Shown here in pieces: positions 38,680 to 53,300 of a DNA stretch of 64,000 bases. A model generated the notes under the pieces. The model was not told where the DNA came from. It made no database searches and was given only the letters and a program-made list of their open reading frames with translations. The stretch comes from Torpedo marmorata. Lineage: Eukaryota. A program made the position numbers and the translations under genes. Every line of letters begins with the position of its first letter. Position 1 is the stretch's first letter. The DNA is taken from contig CDRNVU010000047.1 of NCBI GenBank assembly GCA_977017645.1, positions 310,001-374,000 on the forward strand, in the 5' to 3' direction.

Positions 38680-40115
38680 CGACTCCTTCTCCTCAGTGGA
38701 AAGACCCCTAACCTGGTGTTGCTAACAACCCAATAAACCCTGAAGCAGCAAGAGAAACCTGATTGGATATGCGCCACTCTTTGAAAGTTACACCATTCGG
38801 AGATGGAAGAGCCGCCCAACAAGGCACACGAGCAAGAGTGACTGGTGGGACTGTGTACGAGGGGAATTGGGAAGCCGCGGCTCAGCACATTCATGTCCAT
38901 GATACAAGAATACGCGCGCGCCACGAATCCTTTGCAGTTGCTGGATCTGTATGGCCACACCGACCCACTCAAGCTCTAGGTGCTGTCCCTTTTAAAGAAT
39001 CTGAAAGCAGAGAATATCGGGACATCATGTGAGGGCTCTGTTTTATTGTGGGACCGACGAATGCCTGGAAAGGGAACAACGGACAGATCGCGGTCCTCCT
39101 ATTACCATGTACGAGACCTCAGGACAATCCACAGATGACGACAACCCCAGGAAAGGGTATCGATTCCATGGGTGGTTGTTTCCCTTTTATAATTTAACAA
39201 ATCCTGCACCACTATCTTGCTTGTCATTCCACACAAGGTTGAAAGCTGCTGATGTTGGGAGGATGGAAGACAAATGACGGCTGGAGTAAACGTGATCAGA
39301 TAAAACTCATACCTTCACAGGGGTCCACTAGACCCTGAATGGCACCTACTAAATAGGACATCAGGCTCCCTCCTTGGGACACAGAGACCACCATGATAAA
39401 AGGAACTATCGCATTATAATTAAGCAGAGGGCCGTTTCAAAATGTGAGCAATTTTGGATGATAATGTTCCCTCCTTGGGAAACAGGTCGAACAGCCACAG
39501 AGGTTATCAAGATGGCTAAAGCATCAGAAAAGAGAGCCGATGACACGGACTCAGATCTAGGAGAACAAGAGCAGGTATAGTGTAGTACAGCCAGAATATT
39601 ACCCACTCCGTACGTTTGTTTTGTAGAACAAGGTGGCTCTCAACTTTATCCTTGCCGGGAAGGGGGGCGTGTGCGCCCTAATGGGCCAGGAAAGTTGCAC
39701 GTACATCCTCGATGAATCTGAAAACATCATCCACTTAGGAGACCACGTACAGAAGCAGGTGAGTTGAATTCGGAAGACAGGGATCGATTGTAACGACTAT
39801 AACACAAATGGCAGTGTGTTGGTGGCTTTTTGGGAACCTATTAGCAGGATGGTGGGCTATGATAGTCCACCTTGGATGAATTTTGCCAATGATAACAATC
39901 GACCTCTCCTTTCCAAATGTGTCTGCCTGCCCCAGCCTGTGAGAATGTTCCCCCAGCAAGCGTGGAAACCGTGAGGAAACCGAAAGCCTCAGGGACAATA
40001 AGTAGGATAGTTATGATGTGTTTGAAAATGAGACCCTTCCCGGTGGGTTACGATAGACCGGCCATTGAAGATAGTTATTAAGGATCTTGATCTAGAAGAT
40101 TAACAAGGAGGGAAT
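38680..40115 (+). mobile_element. Endogenous retrovirus relic: integrase C-terminus and env
   Basis: QWKDP..VLLTTQ*TLKQQEKPDWI (integrase tail). HQKR furin-like site near 39522. L*NKVALNFILAGKGGVCALMGQESCTYILDESENI (39621-39730) matches the immunosuppressive domain plus the CX6-7CC region. PPT AACAAGGAGGGAA. Confidence 0.8.
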
Positions 40116-40516
40116 TGTGGAGGAAAAATTGACAGTGTTCTTTGAGCTGCTTGAGATGATGGCAGTCATGACCTTTTTTGTATTAGACTTTTGTATTATC
40201 TTCACTGCTTGCTAGCTCAGGAAGAAAGTGCTACAAGGGGAACATGCAAAGATTGCAAGTTGTGTTCTGCCCTGTGACAATGATTAAATACTTCTGTCTG
40301 AGCACAAAACCACGAACTGCTGCCAAATAGAACTTTGTACTAACCTCAAGAATGGAGAAGTGATCAGCATCTGCAACGGCAGCCAACTGCCCAGATATGT
40401 TCTTTAATTTAGTGTTGAGTGTCGATGGAGACCAGCATTCTCTCGCCTTGGTGCCAAGTAAAATAAAGGACCTGGAATGAGAGATCGGAGTTGGCCGTGT
40501 TTGTTTTTTTCCCACA
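40116..40516 (+). mobile_element. 3' LTR of the ERV
   Basis: Follows the PPT; termini TGTGGAGGAAAAA...TTTTTTCCCACA; AATAAA near 40462. Confidence 0.75.
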
Positions 40517-40837
40517 GCAAGGGGAATATTCTTCCAGAACAGTGAGTAATATTCACATCACAAATGTTTCAAGCAAGAACCATCTCCAAACCAACCAGCG
40601 CTAACAGCTGGAAGGACTAGGCCAGCAAAAAGTGGGGGACACTACTTGGAAACACGAGACTGTGGATGCTGGAATCTGGATCAACATTCTGCGGGAGGAA
40701 CTCAACGGGTTAAGCAACAGGAGACGGGGAATGACAAGAAGGGATCCGATCCAAAACACTGAAAATTGGTTGTCTGCCACAAAAGCCTCTTGAGCCGTTG
40801 AGCTCGTCCAGCAAATGTTTCTGAACATGAACCATTG

Positions 40838-41090
40838 GGGCGGCAAAAGTAGCGCAGTGGTTAGCGCAACGCTATTGCAGGGTCAGCGATCGGGACCGGG
40901 GTTCGAATCCAGCGCTGCCTGTAAGGAGTTTGTACGTTCTCCCAGTGTCTGCGTGGGTTTTCCCCGGGGGCTCCGGTTTCCTCCCACCGTTCGAAACGTA
41001 CGTGGATTGCAGGTTAATTGGGTGTAATTGGGCCGCACGGGATTGTGGGCCGAAATGGCCCGTTACCGTGCTGTATGTCTAAATTAAATC
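40838..41090 (+). mobile_element. tRNA-derived V-SINE (HE1-like), well preserved
   Basis: A-box TAGCGCAGTGG, B-box GGTTCGAATCC, V-domain ggagtttgtacgttctccc...gtgtctgcgtgggtttt, CR1-like tail and AT-rich end. Confidence 0.85.
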
Positions 41091-41329
41091 ATGGGCCTGA
41101 AAGTTCGTCCACAGAAAACGCACCATCCTCACAGAGACGTTTATACCCCATATTCTCCACTGATCGTCCTGCTGAATCCTATCTGCACGCTCAGCTCCTC
41201 CCACCTGCCCTTCAAAGTGTCTACTCTCCCAGCTCCCATCTGACCATCACAACAATTTCTGTCTCCCACATCCACTCTTCAATCCCCCATCTCACTCACA
41301 TTGTCTCCCCACTCGCCTTCCCACCTCCT

Positions 41330-44300
41330 CATCACTGTCTCCACCCTCCTCCTCACTGTCTCCACCCTCCTCCTTACTGTCTTCACCCCCTCTTCACTGT
41401 CTCCACCCCTCCTCACTGTCTCCACTCTCTTCCTCACTGTCTCCACCCTCCTCCTCACTGTCTCCACCCTCCTCCTCACTGTCTCCACCCTCCTCCTCAC
41501 TGTCTCCACCCCCTCCTCACTGTCTCCACTCTCCTCCTCACTGTCTCCACCCTCCTCCTCACTGTCTTCACCCCCTCTTCACTGTCTCCACCCCTCCTCA
41601 CTGTCTCCACTCTCTTCCTCACTGTCTCCACCCTCCTCCTCACTGTCTCCACTCTCTTCCTCACTGTCTCCACCCTCCTCCTCACTGTCTCCACCCTCCT
41701 CCTCACTGTCTCCACCCTCCTCCTCACTGTCTCCACCCTCCTCCTCACTGTCTCCACCCCCTCCTCACTGTCTCCACCCTCCTCCTCACTGTCTCCACCC
41801 TCCTCCTCACTGACTCCACCCTCCTCCTCACTGTCTCCACCCTCCTCCTCACTGTCTCCACCCTCCTCCTCACTGTCTCCACCCTCATCCTCACTGTCTC
41901 CACCCTCCTCCTCACTGTCTCCACCCTCCACCTCACTGTCTACACCCCCTCCTCCTCACTGTCTCCACCCTCCTCCTCACTGTCTCCACTCTCCTCCTCA
42001 CTGTCTCCACCCTCCTCCTCACTGTCTCCACCTCCTCCTCACTGTCTCCACCCCCTCCTCACTGTCTCCACCCTCCTCCTCACTGTCTCCACCCTCCTCT
42101 TCACTGTCTCCACCCTCCTCCTCACTGTCTCCACCTCCTCCTCACTGTCTCCTCCCTCCTCCTCACTGTCTCCACCATCCTCCTCACTGTCTCCACCTCC
42201 TCCTCACTGTCTCCACCCTCCTCCTCACTGTCTACACCCTCCTCCTCACTGTCTCCACCCTCCTCCTCACTGTCTCCACCCTCCTCCTGACTGTCTCCAC
42301 CCTCCTCCTCACTGTCTCCACCCTCCTCCTCACTGTCTCCACCCTCCTCCTCACTGTCTCCACCCTCCTCCTCACTGTCCCCACCCTCCTCCTCACTGTC
42401 CCCTCCCTCCTGCTCACTGTCTCCACCCTCCTCCTCACTGTCTCCTCCCTCCTCCTCACGGTCTCCACTCTCCTCCTCACTGTCTCCACCTCCTCCTCAC
42501 TGTCTCCACCCTCCTCCTCACTGTCTACACCCTCCTCCTCACTGTCTCCACCCTCCTCCTCACTGTCTCCACCCTCCTCCTGACTGTCTCCACCCTCCTC
42601 CTCCCTGTCTCCACCCTACTCCTCACTGTCTCCACCCTCCTCCTCACTGTCTCCACCCTCCTCCTCACTGTCCCCACCCTCCTCCTCACTGTCTCCACCC
42701 TCCTCCTCACCGTCTCCACCCCCTCCTCACTGTCTCCACCCCTCCTCACTGTCTCCACCCCCTCCACACTGTCTCCACCCCCTCCTCACTGTCTCCACCC
42801 TCCTCCTCACTGTCTCCACCCTCCTCCTTACTGTCTCCACCCTCCTCCTCACTGTCTCCACCCTCCTCCTCACTGTCTCCACCCTCCTCCTCACTGATTA
42901 CAACCCCTCCTCACTGTCTCCACCCCCTCCTCACTGTCTCCACCCTCCTCCTCACTGTCTCCACCCTCCTCCTCACTGTCTCCACCCTCCTCCTCACTGT
43001 CTCCACCCTCCTCCTCACTGTCTCCACCCTCCTCCTCACTGTCTCCACCCTCCTCACTGTCTCCACCCTCCTCCTCACTGTCTCCACCCTCCTCGTCACT
43101 GTCTCCACCCTCCTCCTCACTGTCTCCACCCTCCTCGTCACTGTCTCCACCCTCCTCCTCACTGTCTCCACCCTCCTCCTCACTGTCTCCACCCTCCTCC
43201 TCACTGTCTCCACCATCCTCCTCACTGTCTCCACCCCTCCTCACTGTCTCCACCCTCCTCCTCACTGTACCCACCCTCATTCTCACTGTCTCCACCCTCC
43301 TCGTCACTGTCTCCACCCTCCTCCTCACTGTCTCCACCCTCCTCCTCACTGTCTCCACCCTCCTCCTCACTGTCTCCACCCTCCTCCTGACTGTCTCCAC
43401 CCCTCCTCACTGTCTCCACCATCCTCCTCACTGTCTCCACCCTCCTCCTCACTGTCTCCACCCCTCCTCACTGTCTCCACCCTCCTCCTCACTGTCTCCA
43501 CCCTCCTCCTCACTGTCTCCACCCCTCCTCCTCACTGTCTCCACCCTCCTCCTCACTGTCTCCACCCTCCACCTCACTGTCTCCACCCTCCTCACTGTCC
43601 CCACCCTCCTCCTCACTGTCTCCACCCTCCTCCTCACTGTCTCCACCCTCCTCCTCACTGTATCCACAATCCTCCTCACTGTCTCCACCCTCCTCGTCAC
43701 TGTCTCCACCCTCCTCCTCACTGTCTCCACCCTCCTCCTCACTGTCTCCACCCTCCTCCTCACTGTCTCCACCCCTCCTCACTGTCTCCACCATCCTCCT
43801 CACTGTCTCCACCCCTCCTCACTGTCTCCACCCTCCTCCTCACTGTATCCACCCTCCTCCTCACTGTCTCCACCCTCCTCGTCACTGTCTCCACCCTCCT
43901 CCTCACTGTCTACACCCTCCTCCTCACTGTCTCCACCCTCCTCCTCATTGTCTCCACACTCCTCCTCACAGTCTCCACCCCTCCTCACTGTCTACACCCC
44001 CTCCTCACTGTCTCCACCCTCCTCCTCACTGTCTACACCCTCCTACTCACTGTCTCCACCCTCCTCCTCACTGTCTACACCCTCCTCCTCACTGTCTCCA
44101 CCCTCCTCCTCACTGTCTCCAACCTCCTCCTCACTGTCTCCACCCCTCCTCACTGTCTCCACCCCTCCTCACTGTCTCCACCCTCCTCCTCACTGTCACC
44201 ACCCTCCTCCTCACTGTCTCCACCCTTCCTCACTGTCTCCACCCTCCTCCTCACTGTCACCACCCTCCTCCTTACTGTCTCCACCCTTCCTCACTGTCTC

Positions 44301-47300
44301 CACCCTCCTCCTCACTGTCTCCACCCTCCTGCTCACTGTCTCCACCATCCTCACTGTCTCCTCCCCTCCTCACTGTCTCCACCCTCCTCCTCACTGTCTA
44401 CACCCTCCTCCTCACTGTCTCCACCCCTCCTCACTGTCTCCACCCTCCTCCTCACTGTCTCCACCCCCTCCTCACTGTCTCCACCCTCCTCCTCACTGTC
44501 TACACCCTCCTCCTCACTGTCTCCACCCCTCCTCACTGTCTCCACCCTCCTCCTCACTGTCTCCACCCTCCTCCTCACTGTCTCCACCCTCCTCCTCACT
44601 GTCTACACCCTCCTCCTCACTGTCTCCACCACCTCCTCACTGTCTCCACCCTCCTCCTACTGTCCCCACCCTCCTCCTCACTGTCTACACCCTCCTCCTC
44701 ACTGTCTCCACCCTCCTCCTCACTGTCTCCACCCTCCTCCTCACTGTCTCCACCCTCCTCCTCACTGTCACCACCCTCCTCCTAACTGTCTCCACCCTTC
44801 CTCACTGTCTCCACCCCTCCTCACTGTCTCCACCCTCCTCCTCACTGTCTCCACCCTCCTCCTCACTGTCTCCACCCTCCTCCTCACTGTCTCCACCCTC
44901 CTCCTCACTGTCTCCACCCCCTCCTCACTGTCTCCACCCCCTCCTCACTGTCTCCATCCCCTCCTCACTGTCTCCACCCCTCCTCACTGTCTCCACCGTC
45001 CTCCTCACTGTCTCCACCCTCCTACTCACTGTCTCCACCCTCCTCCTCACTGTCTCCACCCTCCTCTTCACTGTCTCCACCCTCCTCCTCACTGTCTCCA
45101 CCCCTCCTCACTGTCTCCTCCCTCCTCCTCACTGTCTCCACCATCCTCCTCACTGTCTCCACCTCCTCCTCACTGTCTCCACCCTCCTCCTCACTGTCTA
45201 CACCCTCCTCCTCACTGTCTCCACCCTCCTCCTCACTGTCTCCACCCTCCTCCTCACTGACTCCACCCTCCTCCTCACTGTCTCCACCCTCCTCCTCACT
45301 GTCTCCACCCTCCTCCTCACTGTCTCCACCCTCATCCTCACTGTCTCCACCCTCCTCCTCACTGTCTCCACCCTCCACCTCACTGTCTACACCCCCTCCT
45401 CCTCACTGTCTCCACCCTCCTCCTCACTGTCTCCACTCTCCTCCTCACTGTCTCCACCCTCCTCCTCACTGTCTCCACCTCCTCCTCACTGTCTCCACCC
45501 CCTCCTCACTGTCTCCACCCTCCTCCTCACTGTCTCCACCCTCCTCTTCACTGTCTCCACCCTCCTCCTCACTGTCTCCACCTCCTCCTCACTGTCTCCA
45601 CCCTCCTCCTCACTGTCTACACCCTCCTCCTCACTGTCTCCACCCTCCTCCTCACTGTCTCCACCCTCCTCCTGACTGTCTCCACCCTCCTCCTCACTGT
45701 CTCCACCCTCCTCCTCACTGTCTCCACCCTCCTCCTCACTGTCTCCACCCTCCTCCTCACTGTCCCCACCCTCCTCCTCACTGTCCCCTCCCTCCTCCTC
45801 ACTGTCTCCACCCTCCTCCTCACTGTCTCCTCCCTCCTCCTCACGGTCTCCACTCTCCTCCTCACTGTCTCCACCTCCTCCTCACTGTCTCCACCCTCCT
45901 CCTCACTGTCTACACCCTCCTCCTCACTGTCTCCACCCTCCTCCTCACTGTCTCCACCCTCCTCCTGACTGTCTCCACCCTCCTCCTCCCTGTCTCCACC
46001 CTACTCCTCACTGTCTCCACCCTCCTCCTCACTGTCTCCACCCTCCTCCTCACTGTCCCCACCCTCCTCCTCACTGTCTCCACCCTCCTCCTCACTGTCT
46101 CCACCCCCTCCTCACTGTCTCCACCCCTCCTCACTGTCTCCACCCCCTCCTCACTGTCTCCACCCCCTCCTCACTGTCTCCACCCTCCTCCTCACTGTCT
46201 CCACCCTCCTCCTTACTGTCTCCACCCTCCTCCTCACTGTCTCCACCCTCCTCCTCACTGTCTCCACCCTCCTCCTCACTGATTACAACCCCTCCTCACT
46301 GTCTCCACCCCCTCCTCACTGTCTCCACCCTCCTCCTCACTGTCTCCACCCTCCTCCTCACTGTCTCCACCCTCCTCCTCACTGTCTCCACCCTCCTCCT
46401 CACTGTCTCCACCCTCCTCCTCACTGTCTCCACCCTCCTCACTGTCTCCACCCTCCTCCTCACTGTCTCCACCCTCCTCGTCACTGTCTCCACCCTCCTC
46501 CTCACTGTCTCCACCCTCCTCCTCACTGTATCCACCCTCCTCCTCACTGTCTCCACCCTCCTCCTCACTGTCACCACCCTCCTCCTCACTGTCTCCACCA
46601 TCCTCCTCACTGTCTCCACCCCTCCTCACTGTCTCCACCCTCCTCCTCACTGTACCCACCCTCATTCTCACTGTCTCCACCCTCCTCGTCACTGTCTCCA
46701 CCCTCCTCCTCACTGTCTCCACCCTCCTCCTCACTGTCTCCACCCTCCTCCTCACTGTCTCCACCCTCCTCCTCACTGTCTCCACCCTCCTCCTCACTGT
46801 CTCCACCCTCCTCCTCACTGTCTCCACCATCCTCCTCACTGTCTCCACCATCCTCCTCACTGTCTCCACCCTCCTCCTCACTGTTTCCACCCCTCCTCAC
46901 TGTCTCCACCCTCCTCCTCACTGTCTCCACCCTCCTCCTCACTGTCTCCACCCCTCCTCCTCACTCTCTCCACCCTCCTCCTCACTGTCTCCACCCTCCT
47001 CCTCACTGTCTCCACCCTCCTCACTGTCCCCACCCTCCTCCTCACTGTCTCCACCCTCCTCCTCACTGTCTCCACCCTCCTCCTCACTGTATCCACAATC
47101 CTCCTCACTGTCTCCACCCTCCTCGTCACTGTCTCCACCCTCCTCCTCACTGTCTCCACCCTCCTCCTCACTGTCTCCACCCTCCTCCTCACTGTCTCCA
47201 TCCTCCTCCTCACTGTCTCCACCCCTCCTCACTGTCTCCACCATCCTCCTCACTGTCTCCACCCCTCCTCACTGTCTCCACCCTCCTCCTCACTGTATCC

Positions 47301-50300
47301 ACCCTCCTCCTCACTGTCTCCACCCTCCTCGTCACTGTCTCCACCCTCCTCCTCACTGTCTACACCCTCCTCCTCACTGTCTCCACCCTCCTCCTCACTG
47401 TCTCCACACTCCTCCTCACTGTCTCCACCCCTCCTCACTGTCTACACCCCCTCCTCACTGTCTCCACCCTCCTCCTCACTGTCTACACCCTCCTACTCAC
47501 TGTCTCCACCCTCCTCCTCACTGCCTACACCCTCCTCCTCACTGTCTCCACCCTCCTCCTCACTGTCTCCAACCTCCTCCTCACTGTCTCCACCCCTCCA
47601 AACTGTCTCCACCCCTCCTCACTGTCTCCACCCTCCTCCTCACTGTCTCCACCCTCCTCCTCACTGTCTCCACCCTTCCTCACTGTCTCCACCCTCCTCC
47701 TCACTGTCACCACCCTCCTCCTTACTGTCTCCACCCTTCCTCACTGTCTCCACCCTCCTCCTCACTGTCTCCACCCTCCTGCTCACTGTCTCCACCATCC
47801 TCACTGTCTCCTCCCCTCCTCACTGTCTCCACCCTCCTCCTCACTGTCTACACCCTCCTCCTCACTGTCTCCACCCCTCCTCACTGTCTCCACCCTCCTC
47901 CTCACTGTCTCCACCCCCTCCTCACTGTCTCCACCCTCCTCCTCACTGTCTACACCCTCCTCCTCACTGTCTCCACCCCTCCTCACTGTCTCCACCCTCC
48001 TCCTCACTGTCTCCACCCTCCTCCTCACTGTCTCCACCCTCCTCCTCACTGTCTACACCCTCCTCCTCACTGTCTCCACCACCTCCTCACTGTCTCCACC
48101 CTCCTCCTACTGTCCCCCCCTCCTCCTCACTGTCTACACCCTCCTCCTCACTGTCTCCACCCTCCTCCTCACTGTCTCCACCCTCCTCCTCACTGTCTCC
48201 ACCCTCCTCCTCACTGTCACCACCCTCCTCCTCACTGTCTCCATCCTTCCTCACTGTCTCCACCCCTCCTCACTGTCTCCACCCTCCTCCTCACTGTCTC
48301 CACCCTCCTCCTCACTGTCTCCACCCTCCTCCTCACTGTCTCCACCCTCCTCCTCACTGTCTCCACCCCCTCCTCACTGTCTCCACCCCCTCCTCACTGT
48401 CTCCATCCCCTCCTCACTGTCTCCACCCCTCCTCACTGTCTCCACCGTCCTCCTCACTGTCTCCACCCTCCTACTCACTGTCTCCACCCTCCTCCTCACT
48501 GTCTACACCCTCCTCCTCACTGTCTCCACCCTCCTCCTCACTGTCTCCACCCTCCTCCTACTGTCTCCACCCTCCTCCTCACTGTCTACACCCTCCTCCT
48601 CACTGTCTCCACCCTCCTCCTCACTGTCTCCACCCCCTCCTCACTGTCTCCACCCTCCTCCTCACTGTCTCCACCCTCCTCCTCACTGTCTCCACCCTCC
48701 TCCTCACTGTCTCCACCCTCCTCCTACTGTCCCCACCCCTCCTCACTGTCTCCACCCCTCCTCACTGTCTCCACCCTCCTCCTCACTGTCTTCACCCTCC
48801 TCCTCACTGTCTCCACCCTCCTCCTCACTGTCTCCACCCTCCTACTCACTGTCCCCACCCTCCTCCTCACTGTCTCCACCCTCCTCCTCACTGTCTACAC
48901 CCTCCTCCTCACTGTCTCCACCCTCCTCCTCACTGTCTACACCCTCCTCCTCACTGTCTCCACCCTCCTCCTCACTCTCTCCACCCCTCCTCCTCACTGT
49001 CTCCACTCCTCCTCCTCACTGTCTCCACCCTCCTCCTCACTGTCTCCACCCTCCTCCTCACTGTATCCACCCTCCTCCTCACTGTCTCCACCCTCCTCCT
49101 CACTGTCTCCAACCTCCTCCTCACTGTCTCCACCCCTCCTCACTGTCTCCACCCCCCTCCTCACTGTCTCCTCCCTCCTCCTCACTGTCTCCACCCTCCT
49201 CCTCACTGTCTCCACCCTCCTCCTCACTGTCTCCACCCTCCTCCTCACTGTCTCCTCCCTCCTCCTCACTGTCTCCACCCTCCTCCTCACTGTCTCCACC
49301 CTCCTCCTCACTGTTTCCACCCTCCTCCTCACTGTCTCCACCCTCCTCCTCACTGTCTCCACCCTCCTCCTCACTGTCTCCACCCTCCTCCTCACTGTCT
49401 CCACCCTCCTCCTCACTGTCTCCACTCTCTTCCTCACTGTCTCCACCCTCCTCCTCACTGTCTCCACTCTCCTCCTCACTGTCTCCACCCCCTCCTCACT
49501 GTCTCCACCCTCCTCCTTACTGTCTCCACCCCCTCCTCACTGGCTCCACCCTCCTCCTCACTCTCTCCACCCCCTCCTCACTGTCTCCACCCTCCTCCTC
49601 ACTGTCTCCACCCTCCTCCTCACTGTCTCCACTCTCTTCCTCACTGTCTCCACCCTCCTCCTCACTGTCTCCACTCTCCTCCTCACTGTCTCCACCCTCC
49701 TCCTCACTGTCTCCACCCTCCTCCTCACTGTCTCCACCCTCCTCCTCACTGTCTCCACTCTCCTCCTCAATGTCTCCACCCTCCTCCTCACTGTCCCCAA
49801 CCTCCTCCTCACTGTCTTCACCCCCTCTTCACTGTCTCCACCCCTCCTCACTGTCTCCACCCTCCTCCTCACTGTCTCCACCCCTCCTCACTGTCTCCAC
49901 CCTCCTCCTCACTGTCTCCACCCTCCTCCTCACTGTCTCCACTCTCCTCCTCACTGTCTCCACCCTCCTCCTCACTGTCTCCACCCTCCTCCTCACTGTC
50001 TCCACCCTCCTCCTCACTGTCTCCACCCTCCTCCTCACTGATTACAACCCCTCCTCAGTGTCTCCACCTCCTCTTCACTGTCTCCACCCTCCTCCTCACT
50101 GATTACAACCCCTCCTCAGTGTCTCCACCCTCCTCCTCACTGTCTCCACCCTCCTCCTCACTGATTACAACCCCTCCTCAGTGTCTCCACCTCCTCTTCA
50201 CTGTCTCCACCCTCCTCCTCACTGATTACAACCCCTCCTCACTGTCTACACCCTCCTCCTCACTGTCTCCACCCCCTCCTCACTGTCTCCACCATCCTCC

Positions 50301-53300
50301 TCACTGTCTCCACCCTCCTCCTCACTGTCTCCACCCTCCTCCTCACTGTCTCCACCCCCTCCTCACTGTCTACACCCTCCTCCTCACTGTCTCCACCCCT
50401 CCTCACTGTCTCCACCCTCCTCCTCACTGTCTCCACCCCCTCCTCACTGTCTCCACCCTCCTCCTCACTGTCTACACCCTCCTCCTCACTGTCTCCACCC
50501 CTCCTCACTGTCTCCACCCTCCTCCTCACTGTCTCCACCCTCCTCCTCACTGTCTCCACCCTCCTCCTCACTGTCTACACCCTCCTCCTCACTGTCTCCA
50601 CCACCTCCTCACTGTCTCCACCCTCCTCCTACTGTCCCCACCCTCCTCCTCACTGTCTACACCCTCCTCCTCACTGTCTCCACCCTCCTCCTCACTGTCT
50701 CCACCCTCCTCCTCACTGTCTCCACCCTCCTCCTCACTGTCACCACCCTCCTCCTCACTGTCTCCATCCTTCCTCACTGTCTCCACCCCTCCTCACTGTC
50801 TTCACCCTCCTCCTCACTGTCTCCACCCTCCTCCTCACTGTCTCCACCCTCCTCCTCACTGTCTCCACCCTCCTCCTCACTGTCTCCACCCCCTCCTCAC
50901 TGTCTCCACCCCCTCCTCACTGTCTCCATCCCCTCCTCACTGTCTCCACCCCTCCTCACTGTCTCCACCGTCCTCCTCACTGTCTCCACCCTCCTACTCA
51001 CTGTCTCCACCCTCCTCCTCACTGTCTACACCCTCCTCCTCACTGTCTCCACCCTCCTCCTCACTGTCTCCACCCTCCTCCTACTGTCTCCACCCTCCTC
51101 CTCACTGTCTACACCCTCCTCCTCACTGTCTCCACCCTCCTCCTCACTGTCTCCACCCCCTCCTCACTGTCTCCACCCTCCTCCTCACTGTCTCCACCCT
51201 CCTCCTCACTGTCTCCACCCTCCTCCTCACTGTCTCCACCCTCCTCCTACTGTCCCCACCCCTCCTCACTGTCTCCACCCCTCCTCACTGTCTCCACCCT
51301 CCTCCTCACTGTCTTCACCCTCCTCCTCACTGTCTCCACCCTCCTCCTCACTGTCTCCACCCTCCTACTCACTGTCCCCACCCTCCTCCTCACTGTCTCC
51401 ACCCTCCTCCTCACTGTCTACACCCTCCTCCTCACTGTCTCCACCCTCCTCCTCACTGTCTACACCCTCCTCCTCACTGTCTCCACCCTCCTCCTCACTG
51501 TCTCCACCCCTCCTCCTCACTGTCTCCACTCCTCCTCCTCACTGTCTCCACCCTCCTCCTCACTGTCTCCACCCTCCTCCTCACTGTATCCACCCTCCTC
51601 CTCACTGTCTCCACCCTCCTCCTCACTGTCTCCAACCTCCTCCTCACTGTCTCCACCCCTCCTCACTGTCTCCACCCCCCTCCTCACTGTCTCCTCCCTC
51701 CTCCTCACTGTCTCCACCCTCCTCCTCACTGTCTCCACCCTCCTCCTCACTGTCTCCACCCTCCTCCTCACTGTCTCCTCCCTCCTCCTCACTGTCTCCA
51801 CCCTCCTCCTCACTTTCTCCACCCTCCTCCTCACTGTTTCCACCCTCCTCCTCACTGTCTCCACCCTCCTCCTCACTGTCTCCACCCTCCTCCTCACTGT
51901 CTCCACCCTCCTCCTCACTGTCTCCACCCTCCTCCTCACTGTCTCCACTCTCTTCCTCACTGTCTCCACCCTCCTCCTCACTGTCTCCACTCTCCTCCTC
52001 ACTGTCTCCACCCCCTCCTCACTGTCTCCACCCTCCTCCTTACTGTCTCCACCCCCTCCTCACTGGCTCCACCCTCCTCCTCACTCTCTCCACCCCCTCC
52101 TCACTGTCTCCACCCTCCTCCTCACTGTCTCCACCCTCCTCCTCACTGTCTCCACTCTCTTCCTCACTGTCTCCACCCTCCTCCTCACTGTCTCCACTCT
52201 CCTCCTCACTGTCTCCACCCTCCTCCTCACTGTCTCCACCCTCCTCCTCACTGTCTCCACCCTCCTCCTCACTGTCTCCACTCTCCTCCTCAATGTCTCC
52301 ACCCTCCTCCTCACTGTCCCCAACCTCCTCCTCACTGTCTCCACCCCCTCTTCACTGTCTCCACCCCTCCTCACTGTCTCCACCCTCCTCCTCACTGTCT
52401 CCACCCCTCCTCACTGTCTCCACCCTCCTCCTCACTGTCTCCACCCTCCTCCTCACTGTCTCCACTCTCCTCCTCACTGTCTCCACCCTCCTCCTCACTG
52501 TCTCCACCCTCCTCCTCACTGTCTCCACCCTCCTCCTCACTGTCTCCACCCTCCTCCTCACTGATTACAACCCCTCCTCAGTGTCTCCACCTGCTCTTCA
52601 CTGTCTCCACCCTCCTCCTCACTGATTACAACCCCTCCTCAGTGTCTCCACCCTCCTCCTCACTGTCTCCACCCTCCTCCTCACTGATTACAACCCCTCC
52701 TCAGTGTCTCCACCTCCTCTTCACTGTCTCCACCCTCCTCCTCACTGATTACAACCCCTCCTCACTGTCTACACCCTCCTCCTCACTGTCTCCACCCCCT
52801 CCTCACTGTCTCCACCAACCTCCTCACTGTCTCCACCCTCCTCCTCACTGTCTCCACCCTCCTCCTCACTGTCTCCACCCCCTCCTCAATGTCTCCACCC
52901 TCCTCCTCACTGTCTCCATCCCTCCTCACTGTCTCCACCCTCCTCCTCACTGTCTCCACCCTCCTCCTCACTGTCTCCACCCTCCTCCTCACTGTCTCCA
53001 CCCTCCTCCTCACTGTCTCCACCCTCCTCCTCACTGTCTCCACCCTCCTGCTCACTGTCTCCACCCCCTCATCACTGTCTCCACCCCCATTTCACTGTCT
53101 CCACCCCCTCCTCACTGTCTCCACCCTCCTCCTCAATGTCTCCACCCCTCCTCACTGTCTCCACCCTTGTCCTCACTGTCTCCACCCTCCTCCTCACTGT
53201 CTCCACCCCTCCTCACTGTCTACACCCCCTCCTCACTGTCTCCACCCCTCCTCACTGTCTACACCCCTCCTCACTGTCTACACCCCCTCCTCACTGTCTC

